Source of the DNA: an archaeon
GTDB lineage: Archaea > Nanobdellota > Nanobdellia > Pacearchaeales > GW2011-AR1
Reading direction: 5' to 3'
NCBI GenBank assembly: GCA_018694115.1
Contig: JABHNB010000005.1
Coordinates: 69,660-133,659 of the forward strand
Length of the DNA: 64,000 bases
Shown: one piece after another, positions 19,016-28,700 of the stretch
Layout of the letters: every line of letters starts with the position of its first letter
How positions within the stretch are numbered: position 1 is the first letter of the stretch
Notes under the pieces: model-generated
The model's database searches: none
Told to the model about the DNA's origin: nothing
Seen by the model: only the letters and a program-made list of their open reading frames with translations
Position numbers and translations under genes: made by a program

Positions 19016-19992
19016 TTTATCTCCCGCAAAATTTTGCTTTTATTATTCCAATACCACTGGGCAGCTTCTGAGTAACGTTTGAATTTGGGGTTCTTCATAC
19101 GTTTCTTATCGTTTACAAATAACCAATACTGATACTCAAAATCTTCGATAAACCCTGCAGCAATTATGTCTGGGATCAATTGTAGTTCTATCTTCCTCAA
19201 TTTCCGGTATTTCATGTATTCCCTTAAAAAAAATCGGGCATTTTCAAAACTCAATCGGAGTTCATTATCTGAACAAGAATACTGTAAGATTATGCAGATA
19301 TCCTTAACAAAAGCATCATTTCCAAAAGCAACATTTTCAAAATCTAAAACTCCTGAGATTTTCCCGCGATGCCACAAAATATTATCCTGATGTAAATCCC
19401 TATGGATCGCATATTTCTTCAACCGAGAATATTTCTTAACGTTCACCCCATTAAAAATCGGAATAAGTTTTTCAGTCTCATTCAAATAACTCCTCTCTTC
19501 CTTAGATAATTTTTTCAATTTACTAAGCTTTCGGATAAACTTCCCCATCTCATTAAGAACCTCCTTCTGTCCCAAATCATTAATATCCTTCCCGCTACTT
19601 CGCAATTTCAATTTTTCTAAAATGTTATGGTGCTCTGAAACCATCTTAGCAACTTCTCTTAATTCCCGCTTTTTGAATTCCTTTTTTATCTTTCCCTCAA
19701 TAAAATTATCTAACCAAAAATATTTCTTATTGACCTTCACTAAAAATTTATTCTTTATCGTTGATATGGGATTTGGTGTGGGATATTTAAAACCGCTTGC
19801 CTGCAATTTTTTTAGATAATCAATCTCAAACTTAAGATCAGAAGTTTTTCTATTCATTAAAAATTTTCTCAAGAAATATTTACCCTTATCTGTCTCAACA
19901 AACCAGTTATAGTTGACTACCCCTTCTTCTGAGAGTTTTATCTTCTTAATCTTGCCAATACCCCAATTCTTTAGAACTTTTTCAGGTTTCAT
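19012..19992 (-). CDS. APH/homoserine kinase type II-like phosphotransferase
   Basis: GVVNYNW, IHRDLHQDNIL, GVLDFE. Confidence 0.9.
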   Translation of the reverse strand: MKPEKVLKNWGIGKIKKIKLSEEGVVNYNWFVETDKGKYFLRKFLMNRKTSDLKFEIDYLKKLQASGFKYPTPNPISTIKNKFLVKVNKKYFWLDNFIEGKIKKEFKKRELREVAKMVSEHHNILEKLKLRSSGKDINDLGQKEVLNEMGKFIRKLSKLKKLSKEERSYLNETEKLIPIFNGVNVKKYSRLKKYAIHRDLHQDNILWHRGKISGVLDFENVAFGNDAFVKDICIILQYSCSDNELRLSFENARFFLREYMKYRKLRKIELQLIPDIIAAGFIEDFEYQYWLFVNDKKRMKNPKFKRYSEAAQWYWNNKSKILREIK

Positions 19993-20927
19993 TTTATCTC
20001 CCTCAACAAACCCTTAACCCTCTCGGAGCTTGATTTCAAATAAAGGTATTGTTTATGCTTTGATTTTTTCAGTTCTGAATAAAACCACCAAAAAACAACA
20101 CAACTATCTCGGATAATAAATGGAAGAATCATGGCTATTTCTTTTTTAGACAGGGGATTAATCTTTTGATATTCTCTAAGTAGGTTTTTCATTTTTGATT
20201 TGCTTAACTTGGATTTATTAAAACAATATTGTTTTACTGCGTAGGCAATATCTCTAACTCTCGGAGAAACAATTACACTTTCAAAATCCAAAATCCCAAC
20301 CACTTCATTTCCATCAAAAAGTAAATTACCTTGATGGAAATCTGTGTGATTAGCTAGGAGTCCCGTCTCCAGATTAATTGATACATCCTTTAAACAATCC
20401 TTGAAGAGATCAATATTTTCTAACATTATTCTATCAACTTTATTTTTTGGTTTAACCTTCTCCATAACTGAATATTTCTTCATTAACCAAATATAGTCTT
20501 CCTTCAACCTTCGGGCATTCATGCTCGAAACATATTTATGGTATACTGCTAGGGCTTTCACCAAACTCTTGAGTTGAGCCCCGTTAATTTTGGACACCTT
20601 CTTGCCCTTAATCCTTTCATAAATCCATAAATTCCTACCCTTAACGGTCGTTAAAACCTGTCCTTTCTTATTCTTAATTGGATCCGGAATTCGATAAGGA
20701 AATTTTTTCTTCTTAAGGTAATTGAGGACCCGGAACTCTAATTTTAACTTTCGTTTCTTGTAATCGTCTAGTTTTCTGCCGAGGAATCTAAATACATAGT
20801 CCCCTCCGTCAGTTTTAACATTAAAGTTATAATTTACCAGTCCCCCTCCAATCGAACTTATCTTCTTAACCTTCCCCAAATCATATAATTTCGTAGCTCT
20901 TTCGACTTCTTGCTTTGTTATCTTCAT
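19989..20927 (-). CDS. APH/homoserine kinase type II-like phosphotransferase
   Basis: GGLVNYNF, NHTDFHQGNLL, GILDFE. Confidence 0.9.
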   Translation of the reverse strand: MKITKQEVERATKLYDLGKVKKISSIGGGLVNYNFNVKTDGGDYVFRFLGRKLDDYKKRKLKLEFRVLNYLKKKKFPYRIPDPIKNKKGQVLTTVKGRNLWIYERIKGKKVSKINGAQLKSLVKALAVYHKYVSSMNARRLKEDYIWLMKKYSVMEKVKPKNKVDRIMLENIDLFKDCLKDVSINLETGLLANHTDFHQGNLLFDGNEVVGILDFESVIVSPRVRDIAYAVKQYCFNKSKLSKSKMKNLLREYQKINPLSKKEIAMILPFIIRDSCVVFWWFYSELKKSKHKQYLYLKSSSERVKGLLREIK

Positions 20928-21877
20928 CCCAACCCCTCCGAAAACTCCTCCGCCAAAGTCTCACAAAACATTTCATACTTTCGTATCCACTTCTTGACAG
21001 CCTTTCTAAGTCTTTTCTCCATATCTGAATGTTTCTTCAACTGAGAAACATGCCAACCAATAATCCCCTGAAATCGATGCTTGATAAAAAAGTAGATCGC
21101 TTCCCTTTCACTAGGATTGAGCTTGAAGTATTTCTCAAAACCTTTCAAATAAAGTTTAATCTTCCCATAATCTACTCTCCCTTTCCAATCAATAAAACTC
21201 ATCGTGATAAAATTGGATATTTCTTGAACAACAAAATCTTCATGGGCATCATCTAAATCTATGATCGCATTCAACTTCTGGTTTTTAACTAGGAGGTTGC
21301 CTCGATTAAAATCTCCGTGAACAACACTTCTCCGAAGTTTTTTCTTATTTATCTGCTTCAACTCTTCTCTCAATTTTTTATTCTCTTTAAGTATCTCAAA
21401 TCCTTCATGACGAATAACATCAAACATCAATGGTTTAAACTGATAGTCTTTCTTCCAGGTATGTTTTCCTTCCAATCCCATTTTCATCAATGCCCTATTC
21501 AACCTTCCGTGCTTCTCCGCAATATCCTCAATTAACTTTCTCGTAAATCTCTTTGCCGGTTTCCCTTCTACAAATTTTTGAATAACAATCTTCTTTTTAT
21601 TGAAAATCAAAAGTGGCCCATCATTACACATCATCACCCGCGGACTAGGGAGTTTTTCTTTCTCCATTAATTGCATAATCTTCAATTGAAATTCAATGAA
21701 ATCCTTTTTCGCGTTCTCAAATATCTTTAGAATGAATTTCCCCCTAGTCGTCTTCAAAAGATAGACAGTATTCCCCAATGCCCACGGAAGATGCTTATGA
21801 GATTTATGTTCACCAATTTTGTAATTCTCGAGAATCTCTTCAAAATCCTTATTCTGGAGTTTAGTTAATATTGCCAT
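20924..21877 (-). CDS. APH/homoserine kinase type II-like phosphotransferase
   Basis: MAILTKL ThrB-II-like N-terminus, NTVYLL, VHGDFNRGNLL, AIIDLDD. Confidence 0.9.
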   Translation of the reverse strand: MAILTKLQNKDFEEILENYKIGEHKSHKHLPWALGNTVYLLKTTRGKFILKIFENAKKDFIEFQLKIMQLMEKEKLPSPRVMMCNDGPLLIFNKKKIVIQKFVEGKPAKRFTRKLIEDIAEKHGRLNRALMKMGLEGKHTWKKDYQFKPLMFDVIRHEGFEILKENKKLREELKQINKKKLRRSVVHGDFNRGNLLVKNQKLNAIIDLDDAHEDFVVQEISNFITMSFIDWKGRVDYGKIKLYLKGFEKYFKLNPSEREAIYFFIKHRFQGIIGWHVSQLKKHSDMEKRLRKAVKKWIRKYEMFCETLAEEFSEGLG

Positions 21878-21880
21878 TCA

Positions 21881-22297
21881 TCACAACCCTCCAATAACCT
21901 CATTTATTTTCTCCTCATTTTCCTTAAAAAATTCTTTTATCGCTTTTGCATCTCCAACAGAAACATTATGCCCATAATATTTTGAACTGTTTCTTTTATA
22001 TCTAAACTGATCAAACTCCCCAACAAATACAACATCAAATCCAAATTTATCTAAATATGCAATGGACGCCGAGTGAGAATATGATTTAAATCCCTTAGCT
22101 GCAAGAACTGCATCACAAAAAGCCCTCAAGGCATCATAGACATTCTCATATATAATCTTTGGAAAAATATTTATGTCCAACAAATCAACTTTAGAAATTC
22201 TATCTTTCATATCTTTAATCAATGATTCCGACAAGGCACTATCAACTGAAGCTTTTTTTACCTCCCCATTTTTCAAATAGTAATCAAATGGCTTCAT
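21881..22297 (-). CDS. HEPN domain protein (toxin of an MNT-HEPN pair)
   Basis: YDALR...GFKSYSH...FDQFRYKRNSSKYYG. Confidence 0.8.
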   Translation of the reverse strand: MKPFDYYLKNGEVKKASVDSALSESLIKDMKDRISKVDLLDINIFPKIIYENVYDALRAFCDAVLAAKGFKSYSHSASIAYLDKFGFDVVFVGEFDQFRYKRNSSKYYGHNVSVGDAKAIKEFFKENEEKINEVIGGL

Positions 22298-22805
22298 TTT
22301 TTATCCCCCCGTAAAGTGTAACGCCATTTATTAAATTATTAAAAAATTCACGAGTAATGTCTTTTTTTGAAGGAATCAATATATGGATCTTTCTCTTAAG
22401 TTTCTTTTCAAACCTATCCAAATCAAATTGCTTTTTAGTCTCACTTGAAATAACGATATCAATATCAGATTTCTCAATATCTTCTCCACGGGAATAACTT
22501 CCAATTAGGGTTATAGAAGACGGAGAATATTTTTCTTTTAAATAAGTTAATAGTCCTGAATCAAATACTCCCTTAAGATTTTCAATTTTCTTCACAAAAA
22601 TGGTTTTCTCATTTTCCAAATTCAATTTTATTTCAATTAAATGCTTTTTCTTGTTCTTAGTAACAATTCCCTCACTCTTAAGTTCATCAGTTATCTTAAT
22701 CAAACTATTTGGATGAACCTTACCTTTCCTCGCAAGCTCTCTAAGGTGGAAAGAATATGTCGGATTCTCAAATAATATCCTCAATACTTTCTTTTTATTA
22801 TCCAT
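22284..22805 (-). CDS. HTH plus minimal nucleotidyltransferase (MNT antitoxin)
   Basis: HLRELAR HTH; GSYSRGEDIEKSDIDI. Confidence 0.9.
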   Translation of the reverse strand: MDNKKKVLRILFENPTYSFHLRELARKGKVHPNSLIKITDELKSEGIVTKNKKKHLIEIKLNLENEKTIFVKKIENLKGVFDSGLLTYLKEKYSPSSITLIGSYSRGEDIEKSDIDIVISSETKKQFDLDRFEKKLKRKIHILIPSKKDITREFFNNLINGVTLYGGIKNEAI

Positions 22806-22812
22806 CTTAAAC

Positions 22813-22852
22813 AATTGTACAATTTAATGTACAATTGTACAGAATTATGTAC
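22813..22852. promoter_or_regulatory. Array of TGTACA palindromes in the MNT-HEPN promoter (putative operator)
   Basis: AATTGTACAATTTAATGTACAATTGTACAGAATTATGTAC between the TATA box and the start codon. Confidence 0.6.
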
Positions 22853-22879
22853 TTTTAAACATTTCGACCCGGGAATTCT

Positions 22880-23653
22880 CTACTTTATCTCCCGTAACAA
22901 CAACTCTGACCTCGCCAAACCAGCTTCCAAATGTTCTGCCTTATGCTCATCAGTTCCAATAAGAATCTCAATTCCCAATCCCTTGGCCTCCCTCAAAATC
23001 CACAAACTAGGATATTGCTCATCACAGGGCCTTCTCCATCCCGACGCATTGAGGTCAAGCTTCATCTTTTTCTTTGAGATCAATTTCAGAGTCTTTCGAA
23101 CTTCCTTCATATACCAATCTTCATCTCCAGAAAAATATTTATTATTTTTATTCCAAACTTTGATTATATCAAAATGTGCAACAACATCAAACCAACCACT
23201 CTTAATTGCGCTTCTTAGATCAGAATAATAATTCTTAACCAGTTTCTTAATTCCCCCCGAGCTCTTAACCATCTTCTCAAACGATTCCTTAGAATGGTCT
23301 ATTGGAAAATACTCTTTTCCGATTTTGACAAAGTGCACTGAAACAAGTCGATAATCAAATCTTTTCTTAGCCTCCTTCTTAGTCCAAGACTTATAGTCCT
23401 TCAACCAATCAAATTCAACTCCAACAAGAATTTTTATTTTACCCTTATACTTTTTCTTTAATCTCTTTAGTTCACGGAAATGTTCGGTAGAATAATAGTC
23501 ATTGCCCCAATCTCTAAATCCTGGTGGAAAATGATAATGATCTGTAATCCCCAAAATATCAAACTTCTTTCTAATGGCAAGCTTAACTAATTCCTCGGGT
23601 TTCAACTTTCCATCAGATCCAGTAGTATGTGTATGATAATTTGCTTTCACCAT
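22880..23653 (-). CDS. PHP-family phosphatase (histidinol-phosphatase HisK-like)
   Basis: NYHTHT, ITDH, GVE, SVH, AHFD, GTDEH. Confidence 0.9.
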   Translation of the reverse strand: MVKANYHTHTTGSDGKLKPEELVKLAIRKKFDILGITDHYHFPPGFRDWGNDYYSTEHFRELKRLKKKYKGKIKILVGVEFDWLKDYKSWTKKEAKKRFDYRLVSVHFVKIGKEYFPIDHSKESFEKMVKSSGGIKKLVKNYYSDLRSAIKSGWFDVVAHFDIIKVWNKNNKYFSGDEDWYMKEVRKTLKLISKKKMKLDLNASGWRRPCDEQYPSLWILREAKGLGIEILIGTDEHKAEHLEAGLARSELLLREIK

Positions 23654-23732
23654 CTTTAACCTCTTCAACAAAAACGCCCAATAGCTTTAAATATTCTTTC
23701 TTCTATTATTGATTAGTCAAAAGGAGGTAAAA

Positions 23733-24011
23733 ATGGAACTTAAAAACGTAAAATTCAAATCTGCGGTTTTTCTGGGAGTATTCACATTAGTATATTTATT
23801 AATCGTGGGAGCTCTTCAGCTAATACTAAAATCTGCATCAGTTGGGGTTGCAGGATATGACCAATTACTTGGAAATGTCACTCCACTTATGGTGTTAGTA
23901 CAAGTACCAGTAACTGGTGCAGTAACTGCTTACATCTTCGGACTTATAGCAATCTTAGTCTATAATTTCGTAGCAAAGAAATACCCAATAAGCTGGAACC
24001 TTAAGAAATAA
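23733..24011 (+). CDS. Small two-TM membrane protein
   Basis: GGAGG SD; two hydrophobic helices ending in YN..AK. Confidence 0.75.
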   Translation: MELKNVKFKSAVFLGVFTLVYLLIVGALQLILKSASVGVAGYDQLLGNVTPLMVLVQVPVTGAVTAYIFGLIAILVYNFVAKKYPISWNLKK

Positions 24012-24047
24012 TTCCACCTAATTTTATTATTATTTTTCTCTTTTTCT

Positions 24048-25328
24048 TTATTCTTTTATACATTCATTCAGCTCGCCAGAGAAATTCTCGAGCATCTTTT
24101 CTTCAACCTTGTCTCTATCCGCTGCCCAGGTCTTATGTCCTAAAACCCAACCCAACTTAACTAATGCAGTCTCGCTCAACATATCCTTCAAGAAGACAAT
24201 TCCTGTCTTTTGTAAATCTCGACCAGCAGTATAAACATTCGGATTCAATCGGCCAAAGATCGTCTGAGCCGTTGCACAGATAATCATCCCACCATCAATC
24301 GCTTTCTTAATTTTAGGCAGCCAGTTAAACTTCGCATCCTGTGCGGGAACTTGTCCGATCCCCGTGATCTCAAGAATAAGTCCTCCATAACCAAGATCTT
24401 TGTAAAATTCTATAATTGAGGGATCCTGTCCGGGAGTAATTTTAATTGAAGCTATCTTATCAGAATACTTTGCATCCGGCTTTACCTTTCGAGAATCGTC
24501 TCGAGCATTAAACTCTTTTAGAATCTTCATTCCTTCCTTAGAAATCTCTGCAATTGGCTCTCCATTCACAATCTTAAATGCATCTCTCCTGGAAGTGTGC
24601 AACTTCCTAACTTTTGTTCCAGGCATTGCAAGACAAACTCCATCATTTTCATCCTTATGGCCAATAAGTGCAACCTCTGCAATATCTGAAACAGCATACT
24701 TGGCAGCACAAATAAGATTTAATGCAGCATCTGTAGAAGCTCGGTCAATTGATCTCTGAGAATAGGTCAAAGCAACTGGCTTATTCAAGTTCTTAAGGAA
24801 AAACGAGAGTGCGGCAGAAGTATAATGTAAGAAATCTGTCCCATGAGTAATAATTACTCCATCAATTTCAGAATCATTAAGTAACTCTTCACAAACCCCT
24901 GCCAACCCCTTCCAATCAATGAATCCCATATTTTCCGACCATTTCATAAACGGTTTCTCAATCTTAACAACATTACAAATCTTACTAATTTCTGGGGCAA
25001 TATTCAATATCTCTTTAGCATCTGTAGAAATAACTCCCCCACTCTTTGGATCTAGCCTAGAAGAGATGGTGCCTCCGGTGATAATCATCGCAACATTTCG
25101 TAGCTTTTTATTTTCCTTAGCTTCAATTTCCGGGACCTTACGTTCTTGTGCCTTTTCAACAACTTTCATATCCAAAATTTCTCGCTCGCGAATTCCGATA
25201 TTATATCCAGAACCAAGTTTCAGCAAAACAATTTCTGGATCATAACTCTCAAGAACATTACCTTTCCAGCTTTTATCCTTCGTTCTTAGAGAAACAAGAT
25301 CTCCCGGGTTAATTTCTTTAACTTTCAT
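24048..25328 (-). CDS. gatD: Glu-tRNA(Gln) amidotransferase subunit D
   Basis: LKLGSGYNIG N-domain, TGGTISS, HGTD, SQRS.DR, RK.HTSRRDAF. Confidence 0.96.
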   Translation of the reverse strand: MKVKEINPGDLVSLRTKDKSWKGNVLESYDPEIVLLKLGSGYNIGIREREILDMKVVEKAQERKVPEIEAKENKKLRNVAMIITGGTISSRLDPKSGGVISTDAKEILNIAPEISKICNVVKIEKPFMKWSENMGFIDWKGLAGVCEELLNDSEIDGVIITHGTDFLHYTSAALSFFLKNLNKPVALTYSQRSIDRASTDAALNLICAAKYAVSDIAEVALIGHKDENDGVCLAMPGTKVRKLHTSRRDAFKIVNGEPIAEISKEGMKILKEFNARDDSRKVKPDAKYSDKIASIKITPGQDPSIIEFYKDLGYGGLILEITGIGQVPAQDAKFNWLPKIKKAIDGGMIICATAQTIFGRLNPNVYTAGRDLQKTGIVFLKDMLSETALVKLGWVLGHKTWAADRDKVEEKMLENFSGELNECIKE

Positions 25329-25372
25329 AAAATTAAATAGAAGCTACGTATAAAAAGTTAGTGATTCCCACA

Positions 25373-25666
25373 CTATTCCTGTCCATAGTTAGTTCGGGAT
25401 GTCAAACGATATCCTTCCCTGGGCTGATTCCAAGGGTTCAATTCGTGATCAGAATAAGGTTGTGTTGTTGGTTGTGTAGTTGGCATAGTTGTCGGCCGCG
25501 TAGTTGGTTGTGTTGTCGAGGTTCTAAATTTCCTTTCAGCATTAAAATCATCATACATCTTTTTTCCTACTCCGAAAGCACCCGCTAATACCGCTGCTAC
25601 ACCGAGCACACAACCTGCCTTCCATGCAAATCCCTTGATGGGGCAATAATTATTTTTAATTTTCAT
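25373..25666 (-). CDS. Small membrane-anchored protein with PTT repeats
   Basis: Hydrophobic segment followed by TTQPTTRPTTMPTTQPTTQP. Confidence 0.6.
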   Translation of the reverse strand: MKIKNNYCPIKGFAWKAGCVLGVAAVLAGAFGVGKKMYDDFNAERKFRTSTTQPTTRPTTMPTTQPTTQPYSDHELNPWNQPREGYRLTSRTNYGQE

Positions 25667-25744
25667 AGTTTTTCAAGAAAATCTTCCCTTTTAAGGTTTA
25701 TCAATGCCAAAAAGAGTTAAAAACATCTTATTCTTCGACAGGTC

Positions 25745-28700
25745 ATGAACAAAAGGGGGATTTCTACACTAGTCGCTACAGTCTTAATAGTTCTTCTAAC
25801 TGTTGCAGCAGTAGCAATCATCTGGATCACAATAATCCCACTAATCGCAGAGGATTCATATTTTCAGGAGGAAGTTGATCTTAAAATCGTAACTGCCGGA
25901 GGATATACCTTGTGGGATGAAAGTGAAAAAGCAGCATGTGTCCAAGTCGAAAGAGGACAAGATAATGTAGAACTCTCGAGGATTGAAGTAGTATTCTCTG
26001 TCAATGGAAAATCAGAAAGAGGAAGTTTCCAGAAAAATGAAGTCCCGGGAAATAACGAACGAGCCACAAAATGTTTCCCACTTGATGCAAAACCGGTCTC
26101 CATAAAATTAATCCCCTACCGTCAGCTACCTGGGGGCGGAGAAGAATCCCTTGGAGTTACTTCGGAAATTGGGGAAGGAACCGAAGGAGGAATAAAAATC
26201 CCTGATGGAAAAAGAGAAGACCTTCCAATAAGTAAACTCGATGATACTCCTGAATTCTTTCCAGCACTAATGGACCGAAGAACTGATTGGGACACCGGAT
26301 TCAGCGAGGCAAAACTCTATCTCACCTCTGACGATTATGATGTTCTTGTAAATGGGGGGGAGACAGAAATCCATACCGAAGAGCAAAATCCTTACATCCT
26401 ACTTCCATTAGAAGATCAAACCAAACTAACTTTCAAGATTGAATTTATCTCAAGAGAAGATGGCTCAGTAATCAATACCGAAACAAAGATGATCCAGTAC
26501 AAAAACTTGTGTAAGGATTTTCCCAAGGATGCTTGTCCGTGGGAAGTTAAACTTGCTACTTCTGAGAAGTTGAATTCTGAAGGAGATACCGTTTTATTTA
26601 ATGAGGAAGATTTGGAGAGAGTCAAATCATTTGAAGGTAGTGCCGATGATTGTGAAAGGTATATTTATTCTAGATTTAGGAGCAATCTTCATGCTTATGT
26701 CAAGGGAGTTTATGAAAAGTATAAAGATAGAAATACGGGAGAAATTAAGGACTATCCCCCAATAAATACCTTAGAAGATGATTATCTTATCGAACTGACA
26801 GTAGACAAAGATCCTAGGGAAGATTATTCATATTTTACCATGCCTTCTGGAAAATCGGTTGCTGCATTCGATTATATCGAAATTTTAAGCGGGCCTGGGA
26901 TCGGGGAATTTAGGGTTGTGAAAACTGCAGAAAATATAAGTTTGACGGAATGGAATGTTTTGTTTTATAGTAAAAATAATAATTTTCTTTACACTCCAGA
27001 TAGTCCTTCCCCACTGGGGAAGGGGACAGAATTTAGGGTCTATAAAACTCGGGGATTTTCGGTCCCAATGCATATTTCTCATGCGGCTATGGCGTACCGT
27101 TTAGGCTTCGAAGGACAAATTGCTAGCCCAGAAGATTATTATCAATTTGCAAAGGAGATGCTTATTTATGATCCGATGATTGGCGGAGGAGTTTATTCAA
27201 ATTATCCTCACTATTGGGCTAGTTACGCTCTTGCATATGATTTGCTTAAGGACCGTTTAAGGGAAGATGATTTAGCTGACGGAACAAATTATACAGAACA
27301 GATTGAGTATAAACTTGCAAGGATGATAGATTATTCAACTGTGAATAAGCAGGTGAACATGTGGAAGGTATTTACAGTTCTTAGTTGGACAGGATATACT
27401 TTTAGCTCCGCTGGAACTAATGCAATTGTTCTTTCGGACTGGGTTCCCCCTAAGGGAAGTCAGATGACAGGTCCGAGAGATTGGATGGATAATGCAATGC
27501 AACTAATGCATCGCCCAACATATAGCGATCTTTATACTCGGGATGGGCACCTTAATACTGGTGCGATGTATGCGAATGCCGCTATGAGCGATATTGCAAC
27601 ATTTTCATTTATCTATCAGCGTTTGACAGAGGTTCGGCTTCTTGAAGAGCCGAGATTTGATGAGGCGATAAGAACTATGACAAGATCTTATTTTCCAGAT
27701 TTAGTTGCTCCTTATGGTCTTGCGATGGGAACCCATATAAAACGTATTCCTAATACGCTGTATCAGAACCCTGATTTTGTAAATTCTGAGACTGCAGGAC
27801 TAATGCAGGGAATGATCGAAAGAGAGAAAGAGCTTGCGACTAGGCAGGGGAGGGGTATGGCTTGTTGGGGAACTGCAGGGAATGCAAGGATGGTCCAGTC
27901 TCTTTTTATGTACGATAAATCAACACCACCAATTCGTCCGGAAAATCTTATGGTAACTGATCCTAAGTGGAGACCTACACAATTTCTACCTTATGCAAAT
28001 CAAGGAATATTTAGGGATAATTGGGGGCAGGACACAAGGCAGTTAATTGGGATGGGTAAGGCGGAAGTGAATGGAAACTATTGGATAGAAAATTATAATA
28101 TCGGAACCCTAATGTATTATGAAGACGGAGAACATCTTTTTGGTCCAGACTGGAGTTATAGTTTACCTCCTTCAAGATATGGAGAGTTCACTATGCTGGC
28201 AGATGGACAAGTTAGTGCTTCAAGAAAGGTGGCAGGCAATGGGGAATTAACCCATTATTTCTCATATCCTGATGAATCAGATACAGGTTATTTCGTTCAG
28301 ACTGGACAGATAGATGCCGCATTTTTAATGCCTGGAGAAGACCTAACCAGCTTGTTGAAAGATCTTAATTATGATCTTACAAACAATAAAAGGTATCCAA
28401 AAGATTATCCTAGCGATGCAGTGAGTAACTATCCCGAAGATGTTACAATGTCTAGACAGATCCTATATTTGAAAGATTACATTATTATATTTGACGAGAT
28501 GTCTGGAGATGAAGCGCATGATTATGAGATTGTCTTTACAACACCGAGGCTGATCGGAGACGTTAATATCAATCCGACAGAACAAACCGCTTCTTGGACT
28601 GGTGTAGTGGCGAATTATTCTCGAAGCTTTTTGGAAAGAGATTCTACCCAAGAGCATTATATCCCTTCTGAAGATGCAAATCGTACTGTAAGAATTCAGC

